A stretch of 63,750 nucleotides of DNA, counting the filler, from Squatina squatina (taxonomy: Eukaryota): the NCBI GenBank assembly GCA_031763465.1. It is 3 parts of 3 records of this genome, joined end to end, with 100 filler letters (N's around TTAATTAATTAA, not from the genome) between each part and the next. Parts side by side here need not be neighbours in the genome. Positions count along the whole stretch, not along the records: positions 31,398 to 51,525 come from JARFOE010000203.1; positions 51,626 to 63,750 come from JARFOE010000176.1; 1 more part is not named here. One strand, 5' to 3'. Position numbers and translations under genes: made by a program. The notes beneath the pieces are model-generated. The model was given only the letters and a program-made list of their open reading frames with translations, was not told where the DNA came from and made no database searches. Positions 48,360-62,734 of this stretch are shown here, in pieces. Position 1 is the stretch's first letter, and each line of letters opens with the position of its first letter.

Positions 48360-48840
48360 NNNNNNNNNNNNNNNNNNNNNNNNNNNNNNNNNNNNNNNNN
48401 NNNNNNNNNNNNNNNNNNNNNNNNNNNNNNNNNNNNNNNNNNNNNNNNNNNNNNNNNNNAAAGTTCAGCTTCCTTTTCATATTTTTCCGAGACTGGATTT
48501 CAAGCACTACATTCGATTTCCGAATAGCTTGAAAATGCGAGAGATTAAGACTAGCCATGTTCCTGTTTCTTGAGCTATACACATCTGCAAACTTGTTCTT
48601 CCAGCCATCAAAAAGGGACTTCATTTATCAGCTCTCTTTCCCTGCAGAATGCCATTTTCTAAATTAGTGCCCCCCTTCATTTTTGATCTGACTTTTTTAA
48701 TCTTTTGTGACAACCGCAAGCCAAATTGTGGAACATAATGCATATTTTTAACAAATAAATGTGCTTTGAATAGAGGTGAGAAGTTGGAGTACACCTGTAC
48801 AGGGTGTGTAGTAGCAATATCTTTGACTATCGTTTACATT

Positions 48841-49484
48841 GGCCTGGACTTTACAGGGCCTGTGACTGTGTACGCCGAAAACCCGGAACTTATCATCTGT
48901 CAAATTTCTGCTTGACAGATGTTACGCTGGTGCAGAGTTGGGTGCTTTGCCCAACTACTGCCTAGCAAATACCCACCAAACCCTTGTGTCTGATAAAAGT
49001 AGGCATAAGGCCGCCTTTTACCAGCATAAGGGTTTAAATAAATGTTAAAATAAAAATTTTAAAATCATTGCAACATTCCTTTGCATTTCAAATGAGTTTA
49101 GGTTATTTTTGTCCTGTTTAAAAAAAAAAGTTTACTTTTTAAAAAAAAATTTAAATGGTATTTTAATTAATTTTGAACCTGTGATTTATTTTTATTTCAT
49201 TGTTGTGAAAAATTATCTTTTAAGGGATTCCTATTATGCTTATGGGGATATGGAATCCCCATAGGCATAATGAAAATTCCCCTTTTGTCGTTGGTTGGCC
49301 TGGCCCACGTGTTCCCAGGGACGCTTGTGTCCCTGGGGTCCATGGGCCATTACACAGGCGGACGGGACACCTCAGGCCCAGGACCTAAAGAGTCCGAAGC
49401 TCTGGAGGCACCAGGTAAGTTTGTATTTTTTTCCGATTTGGAGGCGTATTCTTCAGGTACACCTCCAACTGCAAATTCAGGGCC
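48841..49484. mobile_element. MITE, same family as 11391-12125
   Basis: TIRs ggcctggactttacag / ctgcaaattcagggcc; AT-rich core; shared ttggttgg and caggtaagtt motifs. Confidence 0.65.
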
Positions 49485-51525
49485 ATTATATATTTTAAAA
49501 AGAGGGTTGCATAATTTTGGCACCTATTAACCCTAGAACCTGCCTTTAAATCCATCTGAGAGAGAAGAGACGAATGGCTCGTCCACAGAGGATTTGGCTA
49601 GTGTAATTTCACCTCTGGGTCCTGGATTCATATTCCAGCCGAGGCAATCTGGAGCCAAGGCTTCTCTGATGAGGGACTGGGTGGTGCAATATGTTACAAT
49701 ATACTTTCTGCTGATATCCTGCTTTAATGTTTAGCCTGGACAGAATGAATGAAGGTTCCTGTCTTTGATGATGTCCAGGTTGGTACAATGTTTTGGAACA
49801 TTACCCTTTCATCTCTGTTTTCATTGAGTTCCTATAGATGGAGTCTTCTCTGCTGCAATTAAGTGAAATTAGTTGGACTAGCTTTCGTCTACTTCCCAGA
49901 AGTCATGTATCTACAACACTAACACAGAACATGTAGTCATTTGTCTGTCTGACATAAATATATGGACTGTAAGAAATTACAATCACTGCTTGCAGTAGCA
50001 TGGTAGGTATGTTCTTCTGAGTTTGAACTTGAGGACGATTGCTCAGTTATTGTGTTCCAGTTGATCTGATGTACACCAAATCAGAATGTGCTAATGGTGT
50101 CACTGAGTAGAAAGTAGAAAAACATTCCATTCTTTCATTCTTCTCTCTGATGACCACCAACGCACACAGCGATAGTCTTGGACTGAAGCGAGTTACCAAT
50201 CGGGGCTTGATCAATACCTTCACCGTTTATTGCTGGAAAACCTTCAGTATTCTGGATCCAGCAAACATTAACAACAGTTCCTTTTACAGTTGTTCTTCTA
50301 CAGTTTCACTCACAGTAGTTCTGCTAATTTGTAGCATATGCTCTGCTCAATTCTTTTGTTGATTCCCTTTCTCCATTTCTTGTCATTAGTCTTTCTGTTA
50401 ATCCAACAACCATCTGTCCTTGGCAAACAATAGTGCTGGACCTTGCTCGTATGGAGCCTGTACAATTGCCAGACTGAAACTATTTCCCACTCTTTGCCAT
50501 TCACATCTGTTGAACAGCTGAAAAAATTGCTAAGGATCGTTGTGTCTGAGGCAGGATGCAGTGCCACTGCAGACTTAGTCTGACCAAACATTCTAGTCTG
50601 CACTCAGAAGCGTACAGATTTATAGAAGTTTTTTTGAACCGCTTTGCCTAATGTCTGTGAAAATTAGGCTGAGTGCTAGAAACGTTGAAAGCATTTATTG
50701 CAGGAAGAGCACGCCAATTCTGAATTAGTGTAGGTTAGATGACAGGATTCCCTCCTGCAGTCTGCTGTAGAGATATTTAAGAACTATCACGATTGGTATT
50801 GACACTCCACCTGTTTGCACTTGTCTCAGTCATTTTACTGAAATTTGAGAATTACAAACAAAACCATTTTTAACTATCTAGAGTCTCGTAGCACCTTCAC
50901 ATGAACGATTAATGTCACAGCTGAATAGTTTCACTCAAAGAGAAACCTTCTTGAATATCTGTATTTTGTTTCTGTGATGGATACAGATTGGCCAAGAACG
51001 ATTAAAACAGCCAGACAGACCAGGCATGAGCATTGCACCAATCCAAAAACCTGAAAGCCTTTCAAATGTGATGACTGTGAGGGTAATTCATAACTACTCA
51101 GATTAAGCCTAATTTCCCACTATTTCCTTTCAGGGCCTCCTGTCCTTTTTTGATTTCGACGTGTGGTGCTTGTGTATCATTATTTCCCCCTTGGTGGAAT
51201 CTCTCTGCACTGTGCAGCTTTGTTATTCAAGACTGGAGATAAGTTCACAAGCCATTAGCCACTGCTACTCTTGGTGAATGATTCCATAGCGCTGTACTGG
51301 AGGAACCAAACCTCTTGGCTGCTCCACGTTCTGCTTTGACAAACCATATGAGAATGTCCAGGGGTAACTGTGCCTCTGGATTTTGTTCCTCCTTGGGGAA
51401 ATGCTTCTTCTTCATTTACTGCTTCTCCAGTACAACACAGTTGGACTTGACAACTAACCATGACTGGACTAACAGACTTGTATTTCTACAACGCTTTTCA
51501 CAACCTCAGGACATCCCAAAGCACT

Positions 51526-51625
51526 NNNNNNNNNNNNNNNNNNNNNNNNNNNNNNNNNNNNNNNNNNNNTTAATTAATTAANNNNNNNNNNNNNNNNNNN
51601 NNNNNNNNNNNNNNNNNNNNNNNNN
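51526..51625. other. Artificial scaffolding linker 44N-TTAATTAATTAA-44N
   Basis: Identical to 31298-31397. Confidence 0.95.
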
Positions 51626-53931
51626 CAGGCACACTGAGCAAAAAGGCTGTGTAATGTGGGTGAAAGGTAATAAAAGTGATGGTAATATAGAACCAAAAGG
51701 TATATGGCACCAAGTTACAGGTGCTATAGTATTATAAAGTGTTTTTGTTTGGTAATGGATTACCAGTAAGTTAACTATTCAGGACACGTCATGCAAATAT
51801 ATACATGTTAAAAACTGGTTGGTGGGAATAGTCATTTAAGAGCCACACATCATTCTCTAATAAATACACAGTAATTTGCTCTCTACAGGAGTATTTTCGT
51901 CAAATGACTTCTATATGATTTATCCAGTTATTCAGTTACTTTCACAAGGAATTAAATAATTAATTCTTCATTTCTAGTCTTGCTTATTAGTGTGAATGTA
52001 GTTCCTGTTTGTAGTTTTGCTGTTGCGGGCTGCTAAAGTAAATTTGGGCCTTTGATGGTTAAACTGTAGGCAGTTTGCATTAGTGGGATGAATGATGCAA
52101 TTGTTTGTAGGTTATGAATGTGGGCCCCATGCTGTGATGAGGATGGGTCAGAGGTTGGAGAACATGAAGGAAACTTTTTCTTGGCACAGTTGCCTTGGTA
52201 TAGCATAGCTTGGCAGCCAATTTTCTTTCGCTTTAACTACCAGCTGAAGCATCTGGTACTGTGGAACTGTCTGGTACAGACCACAAGTGTCACTCAGCGG
52301 CCAGTGTCTCTGCGTGGGGCCCTTTGTTGTATGACAAAGAAAGATNNNNNNNNNNTCATGAGAAGGACTCTTGAGTTGCACGGGTACAGTGTTATTGCTA
52401 AATTATGCAGTAGTCATCGAATCTGGATGGTGTATTCACTTGGCCAAGGGATGCCAGTGTTTGCTGGATACATTGGCGAATGGGAGTTATGTAGTACAGT
52501 TAACTACTTGACTACTGAACTCCAGTTGCTGCTTTCTTTTTCTTAGGTTTGTTAACCTCATATGCTTGACAAATCAAGTCATGTGCACAGTAGATGCAGA
52601 GTAAATCTCTTTCTACTTAGTTGCAGCAATGTTCCTGAGCCCTAACCTCAGAAGATCATCCGTGAAGTAACTATCCCCACACTGGCCAGTCTTTTTATTA
52701 CTCTGAGTGAATTTGNNNNNNNNNNNNNNNNNNNNNNNNNNNNNNNNNNNNNNNNNNNNNNNNNNNNNNNNNNNNNNNNNNNNNNNNNNNNNNNNNNNNN
52801 NNNNNNNNNNNNNNNTGGAATTTTGGTCGCCTCCCCTAAGTCCCTCCCGCTACTCCTGCTCAAGTCTAGCCCATCAACTGGGAAGCTCCTTGAGGCAATT
52901 TGTCACATGAAATGTGCCATCTAAATTTAAGTTGTTGTCAATGCAAAATACTTTTGGTTTTGCATTAGCTGAAACTGTGTGGTGTATTCCAAGTGTGCAG
53001 TCATCTGAAGTCCACCTGGACAAGAGATGAGACAACCTCCAGGACGTAATCTCACACAACTTCACCACTGCATTATATGGTCACTTTTTAAACTTATTTA
53101 GATACTTTTATCATGAGCAAACAGCATGTTCTATTGCCTGTTTTTGACATTAAAATTTAACCAGTAATCAGGTACAAGTGAGCACCTGTCGCCTCCCCTA
53201 ATTCCCTCCCGGTCAGAGAGGGGTGAAAACCAGGCAGTATTACTCAAGTCTGCCAGCTCCTGTCATTCTCAGCAGGTTCCATTCTCAAACTGGTACCTAC
53301 AAACCAAGTGATTTGGTGCATCATTACATATTCACTGTTTTAAATGAATTCAGAAGCATTCTTTTCCTGTGTCCTCCTGAATGCTGACGAATTGCACTTG
53401 GCAGCACGGAGCAGTAATTTATAAACTTCGAGGGCAGGAAACCTGACAGAAGCAGGTGGACAACCAACATGATACCTCTGCAACTAATGTCCAAGAGCAA
53501 CACCTACTGGGATCTGAGTGGCCAAGTTTAGTATTTCTGGAAACAGCACAGAGCTTCTTGTAATCTTTGTATACATCTGCAGCTCAACCGTTGAAGAATA
53601 TTTTAAAAATTCTGCTCTTAATCTTTTTTGTATTCATTCTTTCTACTTGACAGCTCACTGGACAAGAGCTAATATTGCAAGTTGAATCTACTTGATTTTC
53701 CCTCTACGACTACTCTAGTGTAGTTTCTGGTTTCTTGTTGTAATCTGAATCCTTCAACTCTCCTGTATCCATTTGCCTGAAGCGTCGAGTATAGCCAAAG
53801 AGTAATTATTCCTTGTCAAGATTAATTTCCTNNNNNNNNNNNNNNNNNNNNNNNNNNNNNNNNNNNNNNNNNNNNNNNNNNNNNNNNNNNNNNNNNNNNN
53901 NNNNNNNNNNNNNNNNNNNNNNNNNNNNNNN

Positions 53932-54200
53932 CAGTCCACTTTGGCTAAATCACATCTCAGCTTAGTAAAATTGGCTTTTCCCCAATTGAGAACTTTTATT
54001 CCTGGTCTCTCTTTGTCCTTTTCCATAACTACCCTAAATATAACTGAATTATGATCACTACCACCAAAATGCTTTCCCACTGATAGCCTTTCCACAACTT
54101 CATTCCTTAAATCTAAGTCCAGAACCACCCACACTCTTGTTGGGTTTGCTAATACTAGTTAAAAATGTTCTCCAGAATGCATTTTAAGAATTCTGTTTCC
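53932..54200 (-). mobile_element. CR1 LINE endonuclease-region fragment
   Basis: LDL..HFGGSDHNSVIF..LNWGKANF. Confidence 0.85.
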
Positions 54201-54589
54201 TCTGTACTTTTCACTTCTTTTACTGCTGTACTAATACTTTGAAGTGTTGCTCTTCACTAAATTCTCTACTGTCAGGTCTGAATGTCAATTAGACATTCCT
54301 TTTGATTATAACGTGTGTGTGTAATTTTGCATAAGTTTTTCATGATTGACCTTTAACAAGATCTGAATATGTTAAACAAATGCTCTTTTTCTCAGTTTCT
54401 GTTGTTATTCATGAACCCATTTTTGATAGAAATAATCATTGCTGCAGCGCTAACCACATACAAATAGGCCTACATTTTAGCTGTAGATGCCAATGATTAA
54501 AAAATCTCACTTGGCAACACATATTGCAAAATCATAGGCAACGTACCTGCAATTTTGTATTATGCACTGACAATGGGCAAGGTCCATTG

Positions 54590-54951
54590 CCATGCTTCAA
54601 ACATTTGGAAAGGTTTTGATAGAATAAATAAGGAGAAGCTGTTTCCATTGGCGGGTGGGCTGGATATCATAGGAGACAGATTAAAAATAATTGTTAAATG
54701 TACCGCAGGGAGATGAGGAGAATTTTTATTTTACGTAGTGAGTTGTTATGATCTGGAATGCATTGCCTGAAAGGGTCGTGGTAGCAGATTTAATAGCAAC
54801 TTTCAAAAGGGAAATGGATATATACTTGAACAGGAAAAAATTGTAGGGCTCTGTGGAAAGAGCAGGGGAATGGGACTAATTGGATAGCTCTTTCAAAGAG
54901 CCGGCACAGGCACGATGGGCTGAATGGCCTCCTGTACTGTATGATTCTATG
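54590..54951 (+). mobile_element. CR1 LINE 3' end
   Basis: VVMIWNALPERVV motif, gaatggcctcct..atgattctatg tail. Confidence 0.85.
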
Positions 54952-56307
54952 GTGGGTATTCAAAAAAAATTAGATCATTAACTGTGTTCTCTTCCTACCG
55001 GTATCGCCCCACCGATTACACAAGTCTACTTTTTCACTAATGTTAACAAATACAGAAAAGAATACCTAAATTTCTCACTCCTGAAATTTATGTCCACTGT
55101 GAAAACATAGATATATCTTTATAGAAATAGAAAATGCTGGAAATACATAGCAAGTTAGTCAACATTGGGAAAGGGAAAAGACAGATTCTGACATTTTGGA
55201 TGCAGACTAAAATGCTTAAAATATTGTTTTCTTTATCTAAAACTACAAAAAATATTACTGTGGGGTTCTACAGCTTTAATATGTACATGAGATTTTGCAG
55301 TTTTTTTTTGTTGAGTTCTGTGGAGGTGTCTAAAATGCCATGACTACACTCTCTGAAATATGTCGATGTGGGAATTTATTACTTCATCCCCAGTAGGTCT
55401 TAATAGGCCTCTCTCAACTGTTTAGATGTTTATTCTATTAACTGATGTTCATTCTGGTGGCTATACCTGAATATTCATGATTTTAAGAATTCCCATTGCC
55501 TCAAAGTAGCAGCTGTTTAAATCGACAGCAAATGTTCAAGGGAGCTCCGTAAATATAAAGATCCGAGCAGTTGAACATTTTGGGCCCACACAACTCAGAA
55601 GCTCACAATGAAACATTGATGCACTGTATTTTTTGGGGTTGTCTTGTCGAAGACTAAAATAGTGTTCACGCATTAAGGAACAATTCGCCGTGAGTGGGTC
55701 TTGGTCATTATGTGCAAAGAGANNNNNNNNNNNNNNNNNNNNNNNNNNNNNNNNNNNNNNNNNNNNNNNNNNNNNNNNNNNNNNNNNNNNNNNNNNNNNN
55801 NNNNNNNNNNNNNNNNNNNNNNCAGGGGGAAAATTAACTCCTGGCCAGGAAGCTAGTGGGACACATGGGCCACCTGCCCAGGTGCTGCAATGAGAGGCCT
55901 GGTCTGTTTTCATAGCTGGGCCTCATTAATCCCGCTGGCCAGCTGCCCAATGAAAACAACTTGCCAGCTTTGGGCCCATGAAGCCAGGAAGGGAGGGAAA
56001 TCAGCCAATGTTGCCACTCCTGATTGCAACTCATGCTGGTACGTGCATGCTTTTAGATGTTGGATAAAGACAGGATTGGGCTCAACCATGATGCCCCCAT
56101 GATTGCAGGGCCTGCCAATGCTTATGATCTGTTCTCTTGTGTAGAAAAGCAGCTGCTAGGGTGAGTTATTGGATGGCTTGTTGTTGAACCAATCCCAGCA
56201 TGTGTCAGTCACTTCAGAAGGGGACGGCTAAGGGAAGAAAATGGAAAAAGAGAGAAGGAAAGAAAGGATACAAACCATATAAACCCAATATCATCCAAAG
56301 CCATATC

Positions 56308-56431
56308 AGCCTTGGTTAAGAGGTAGCACTCTTGTCTGAGTCAAAAGGCTGTAGGTTCAAGTCCCATTCCAGGACGTGAATACAAAATCTAGCCTGACAC
56401 TTCAGTGCAGTCTTTCAGATGAGATATGAGA
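56308..56431 (+). mobile_element. DeuSINE head
   Basis: B-box ggttcaagtcc plus caaaatctag..gacacttcagtgcag. Confidence 0.7.
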
Positions 56432-56969
56432 NNNNNNNNNNACATCTATTATGGCAGTAAATAATCTGTGATTAAGATTTGCACTTCCAAAATAAATGTG
56501 CTTATTTTATTTTGCAAAATTTGTTTTAATATTTATAGCAATTTTTTACTGTGGAAAACTTTACATTTGTCCTCCGTTTACTTGAGTTTCTAACATACCT
56601 GCAGCTTAAAGTGAACTGTTGGTGATGTCACTGTAGGCTGCTGTGCTGCTAATTGTCTGGAACTCAGCCCTCATTGTGCAATTGGAAGGAATAACAGGCT
56701 ATTAATTAACTATTTGGTCCCCACTGATACTGATAAGATTATCCCAACTCTTACTGAGGACATGTGGTACTTCAGTAAACATCAGCAGCTGTCATCTATA
56801 AATTTGTGGACTGTAGAATTCCAGGGAGGAATCTATTTGTGCATGTATAATTTGGTATCATACTAAGGTNNNNNNNNNNNNNNNNNNNNNNNNNNNNNNN
56901 NNNNNNNNNNNNNNNNNNNNNNNNNNNNNNNNNNNNNNNNNNNNNNNNNNNNNNNNNNNNNNNNNNNNN

Positions 56970-57580
56970 TTATGCGGGCACAGTCACTTGAGGTGGAGAA
57001 TCCTGAGGCAGACAATGAGGAACGAGAGGAGGATGAGAATGAGCAGCTGGAGGAAGAGCAGGCAGAAGTTCATGAGGATGCGGCACAATGCCCTGAGGAG
57101 CATGAGGAAGCGGGGGAGAAGGCATTGAGCTCGCCAGAACCCTGCCCGAGAAGCTAGACAGAAACTTATTAGAGATAGTTTCAGTTGAACACGAGTCTCA
57201 CATTGTGTTACATAGTTGAGGTAGGAAGCAGTAGCATTTGCTGAGCATCACCCTATGACAATCCTCACAAAGTTAAACATGGACCATTAAATATGTATTT
57301 AATAACATAATTTGAAAAACAATAAACACCGTTAATCACCCCGCTCCCCCGCCTTGTGCAGTACCTTACCGCCCTTTTTTTTCCAAACCTACTCTACTGC
57401 TTCTCTTCAGTGGGGGTGATGTGGTTACTGTATGGCTGGGACCAGGCGGCTGACAGTCATGAGATGTGGCAAAAGATGGCCCTTTGGGACGCCCTCGAGG
57501 AGCTTTGACTCTAGATGGGTCAGCTAGCGGAACCTGAAGGGTTGGTTCGGCAGCCTGGGGTGTGCCAGTCGCAGGCATTA
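56970..57580. mobile_element. PIF/Harbinger transposon relic: transposase C-terminus (+) convergent with a partner gene end (-)
   Basis: MRAQSL + acidic tract + (frameshift) AREARQKLIRDSFS* resembles Harbinger transposase C-termini; the convergent minus frame ends ..KAPRGRP..KRSSRVGLEKKGR*. Confidence 0.55.
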
Positions 57581-59149
57581 TTTTGAAATTTCTGTCCAGC
57601 AGCAGCCAACAAGCCCTAATTTTGGCAGCAAACAGTGAGTGTCCTGTTTCCTGCCCTGCTTTTTGGTTTCCAAACTAGTCATGGGCAGACCTGCTCTGGG
57701 AGTAGTGCCAGGCCATGTAATTCCAGACTGCCCAGGTGCAGTGCACCTCAGGTACACTGTGCCTGTCAGGCAGCCAATGAAGAGGCCAGAGGAAACTCTA
57801 TCCTAAAATTACAAAAAACTTTTGTTATTCTTCCTTGCTCCAGAGGTTGTGCTGTTACAACAAACACAGTTAAAAGATTTCATCCAACTAACCCTGAGTA
57901 GTGCCAGGTGAGACTCAGTTGTATAGAATAACACATTCTGCATTTTTAACATAATTATGCCTTGAAATCCCTTATTAAATATATGTCTTCCAGACTAGTC
58001 GCACTGAATTTTAATTGAAAGGGTTCATTCTTAATAAGCCACAATAATGAAACTTCCACTATGGAAAAAGTGGTGTGGAACATCCTAGATAATTAGTGTT
58101 TCATTTTTTCTTGAACAAGTGGTAGATTTGATATTTTAATTTTCATTGCATCATCTTCAGCTGTATCAACACTCTGCAATTCAGTAAATCCCTCTCCTGC
58201 ACTAGAGTGAAAACCAAGATGCTGTGCTGCATAGTCTTGGACAATTGCCACATGCTGCTCATGGTGGATACCAAGATAGAATCCATTATCCTGTGCTCAT
58301 ATCAATTGACACAAGTTGCAGTGTTGGGTGAGAGGTTGTGGTGCCATTCTGTTCTTGCCTTCACTTCAGCTTCTACACACACTATTTCAAGCAGGTGGCA
58401 CAAGATACTTACAGAAGGAAGGTCTTCAGTGCGGAAGATTTGTGCCTTTCAAATTTATTCTTGTAGGAGGCAACAAACAAAGCATCCGTTTTACATTAAA
58501 AATCATGGGCTCCCTGATGACTCAGTTGGTAAAAGTATTGCCCAGATCGGAACTGAGGAATACAAATAGTAAAATTTTGAGCTGCTTTTCATGGTTGTGA
58601 ATACAATGGATGGCAATATAGTGACTTATGGCACCACACTGACATTCTCGTGCAATTAACTTCAACTGCTAAATTGCAAGGTTCAACTTGGCACCTAAAG
58701 TTGGTCACGAGAGTCACTCCAGATACTTATGTTAAATACAGTAAATTACATTCTTCTGGGCTCCTGGCAAGTATTTGTTAAGCTGCTAAAAAGAAATCAT
58801 TGTTCTTGCAACTAACAATATAATCTACTTACATGTGTTAAATTTAAATGAATGTGACAGTTTGCCAAAAGTTTAATGAGTGCTTTTGGGCAAATAAACT
58901 TGAATAAAGTGAGCCCTTTTTCTCAGAAACATTTTAAAATGGCACATTTGACTTGATCAGTTTTTAAAAATATGCTGTTTTGAGAGATACTTAAGAATGC
59001 TTAACAAAGTTTTAATTTTAACTATTGTCCTAATGAGTATGACATATTGCTATATATCTGTGAAAAGAATAAATGTATTCCTAATGACAGGATTTGACCT
59101 TGATATGGTGTCAGACTTGGCAAGTGTAACAAAATAGCCTTGAGCTCAA

Positions 59150-59358
59150 ATCTTGACTGATAAGTTAGGGCAGTTAGTCCTATACTACAGGAAGGTTTTT
59201 TGGGCTTTCCCAACCCATACGATGGGGACCCACACCTATTGGACAGAAAATTCACAGCCGAGTTCCGAGGTCCACTCACTGGGACTGTCAGAAGCAGGGT
59301 TTGAACCCTTCGCCTTCCGACTCCGAGGTTGGAATGCTACTACTAAGCCAAAGGCTCG
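59150..59358 (-). mobile_element. tRNA-derived SINE with a body distinct from the DeuSINE
   Basis: A-box tggcttagtag, B-box ggttcaaaccc; head resembles the DeuSINE head but the downstream sequence differs. Confidence 0.55.
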
Positions 59359-61244
59359 CTCTGCTCATGGGTTACAATATCACAAAGACAGAAATCTAAC
59401 TGTGTATCCTCCATATAATTTTAAAATCCTAATTGATTGACATTTGAAAACAGTAGTTTTCAAGTGGAAGTTCCTAATTTTATAACAGTCTGCTAAGACT
59501 GATGAATAGGTGTGTGTATTTATAAAGAATCAGATTTTGTGACTGATGGATTTTAACTATGATATAAATTCTGCCATTTTTGCCTTTGTCTGACCTTTTG
59601 TTCTGTTAATTTCTGTGAGGAAGATTCGGGATGAATTAATCAAAAGTTTGGTTCTCATTGCAACTTCAATTCTGCTATATCAGAAGGTTAGATACAAGGT
59701 TAACTGTCAGGAGAAAAAATGGAGGAAATAATAGAGAAGAGTGGAGCTGCACATAATTGATGTGACAAAGCTCAACCCACCTTATCACTGAGCCTGAAAT
59801 ATGTTTGCTTCATGTGCAATAATGCATCTCAGTTTAGTAGCTGAGGGCATTACAGACTCAGTCAAAAAAAAATTGTGTCAAAGCTCTGATGTTAGTGTTA
59901 TTGCCAAAATAGCTGACTAGTGGAATAACAAGCAGGCTTTTTAATGGAATGCATTAAACTTAATAAATCTGTAGCTAGAACATTGGGTAAAAGGACAATT
60001 TTCCTATTTGCTGGCCTATATAAACTGTTTTTTGAAGTTTAAGTTTCCCTTTCCTTGAGCATTAGCTTTCAAAATGTGCCTGTCTTTCCTTTCATGTAAC
60101 ATCTGCAAAAGTGATTTTCTGTAAATTTATGAGAAGTATTATACAGTAGATTAAGAGGAATGTATAGGTCTGTTGGGCATTTTGTAATTCTTAACCTTTT
60201 TTCTGGACTAAGCCAGAGATTTGGCTTTGTTTTGGCTTTGGTGCAGAAAAGCCACTATATTCCTCAGAACATTAATAAGTCCCTATTGAAATCTTAATTA
60301 AATAAATTTGAATCTCCTTAAGGTTTTCATCCTTTAAGTGATTTGGATTTTAATCAAAAGTATTATTAATTAAACTTCTTAGGGCAGTTGAGGCCCCAGA
60401 GGGACCTGCTGCTGTCTGTGTTTCTTCTGCAACTGTAAGAGTCGCCAGGCTCTGGCTGCATTCTGCCATATGTTTGAGGATCTGAAGGGGCTGGCAGAAA
60501 GATTCTGTCCTGCAAAGCAGTGTCACTGTCAGAGCACACACCTGTCAGGCAAATAAAACTCGGCCTCAAAATTAGTTGGCCACTAAGCAGTGAGAAAGCT
60601 GCCCAAGTGGTGCCAGTCAGATTGTTGGAGCCCTGAGAGGTACTTGTCTATATTCTAGCCCCAGTATCTTGGAGACCAGAAAAAGCAGATCTCTCCGCTC
60701 TACCATCCAAGGCAACAATGGCAGTTGTCACGTCTTCAATGCAAGACAGTGGGTCTCCTGCTAGACCTCTTTTGGAGTTGTAACGAGCTTCAGAATTGAC
60801 TGAGTGCTGAACACACATCCATCATGGTGCCATAGATGCAGGTAGTAAACGCCTACAACTGAGCCACCATCTGCAGCACATTTTGGGACACTGTCTCCAG
60901 TGCTTGTGCATATGTTTATGATGCTCTACAAGCATCCTCCTTTTAAATGCAGGAGCCCTGAGATCTTGGTGCCAAGGTTCCTTGAATGAGGACAGATGTC
61001 TCCTAACCAGCAACAACTGTCTCCTTATTTTACATCTCTAGTTCCTCCAGGCCATTGGTGCTCTGTTTGATGCCTTGTGCATTTGCCTTAGGCTCCAATT
61101 GGCCCCGGCTGGGCTAGTGCTTGAGAGGGAGGACTGAGGTGGGCAGCCTGAAGCAGTGAGGCCAGACTGCTCTTCCTGCATTTACTTTGCCTGTTTCTGT
61201 GGCATATCTAAGAGGGAACAAAAAGAAGAGAGGTAAGCAGGGGT

Positions 61245-61408
61245 AGATGAGCCACGCACTGGCTACCTCCCCATTTCCCACTGCTACCCCTGTATGCCTG
61301 CTCATTAGTGCCAAGTCTTCCCGTATGTGGGGTGACTTGCGGGAGATGGTGACAGAACGTTCCATCACCTGTAGTTGTTCTTTGCTGCCAGTTATTGGCC
61401 ACCTTCTC
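61245..61408 (-). mobile_element. Degenerate Harbinger-associated Myb/SANT-like gene exon
   Basis: Acceptor ttctttag|GAG; EKVANNWQQRTTTGDG..AVGNGEV resembles the K.AHN.RER..TGGG motif of these proteins. Confidence 0.4.
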
Positions 61409-62734
61409 CTAAAGAAGAAAGTGAATAGTGTGAAAGCTCTCTACTTCCCATCATATGGAATGCAGCCTAGGTGTCAGTAGGCATTCTTTAATTAGGTGAT
61501 GATAAGAGCACAAAAAGGGAACTTTGCGCTATGTGAGTTTTTACTGTTTGCCTTTATGTTAGGCTGGGAATGAAGAGACATTTGCAGGCAATGGAAAGGG
61601 GTGTCAAGGATCTCCGTNNNNNNNNNNNNNNNNNNNNNNNNNNNNNNNNNNNNNNNNNNNNNNNNNNNNNNNNNNNNNNNNNNNNNNNNNNNNNNNNNNN
61701 NNNNNNNNNNNNNNNNNTCTTTTTAATATCATTTCCTAAAAGGACTTCCCCTGTCTAAACTTGTTACACTTTAGAAATTATGCAGATTTTGAACAGGCTT
61801 CTAGCATTACCTGTTCAGACAACCTTTAGGCTGTGAATTTTGAGGAACAAAGGGAGCATTGTAAGATTTTAGGCCTCCCTTTCAGGCCTTTCCACGGTCC
61901 TATAAATCTGGTTTTGCTGCTCATTAACTTCAGATGTTTAATTCAAATCCCTGGAGTGTCATTCAAGCAGGATCCTTCCCTGCTCTGTGGCATTAATGTG
62001 AAGCATGCTCACATACTGTAGCCAGAATAAGTACACCAGGGGGGTTTGGATTTCTTATTGGAATTGAGTTCAAGCATCTCTCTGGAGATTTGGTCTGAAG
62101 CCATGCACCAAGATAACCTGTCTCTCTTTGAGNNNNNNNNNNAGCATTGTGCAGCTGTAGATTATTCAGTCTTGCAGCAGGTGGTGTGGTTGCTTCATTT
62201 TTTTTAACTATCGAGAATCTTGGCAGACAATGCCAGTTTCTGATATAACTATTTTTAAGTTGGGGAACAACTTATTTCTTGACCTTAGTTTACTGATATT
62301 TCTGGGGAGACAAATTCAGTAGTTTTTTTTATTGTTTTCTTTTTCAACTATCTGCCTATTTCTTCATGAAGGTGCCAAATTTCTCGGGGTACAGTTCTGC
62401 AAGTGCCAACAGTTCTCGAGTACCTTGCCGATGAAGCCATTCACCATACATGAGTCTAGACAGTGAGGACAGGGTGTTTCACTTCTGCACTTGCCAGCAC
62501 ATGAATTTCCACCCATTTACTTTCATGGATTAAAAAATTGCAAGCTGGAAAATGCAGGGGGTCCATTCTCCATGCAAAGGCTAAAGATGCACCAGATATT
62601 GTCTAGACCAAGAGAAGTGCCGACACTTCTCATCATTAATTGGAGTTGTTGAACATCAGAAATAGGAGCAGGAGTCGTCCATTTGGCCCCTTGAACCTGC
62701 TCTGCCATTCAATAAGATCATTACTGACCTGATA

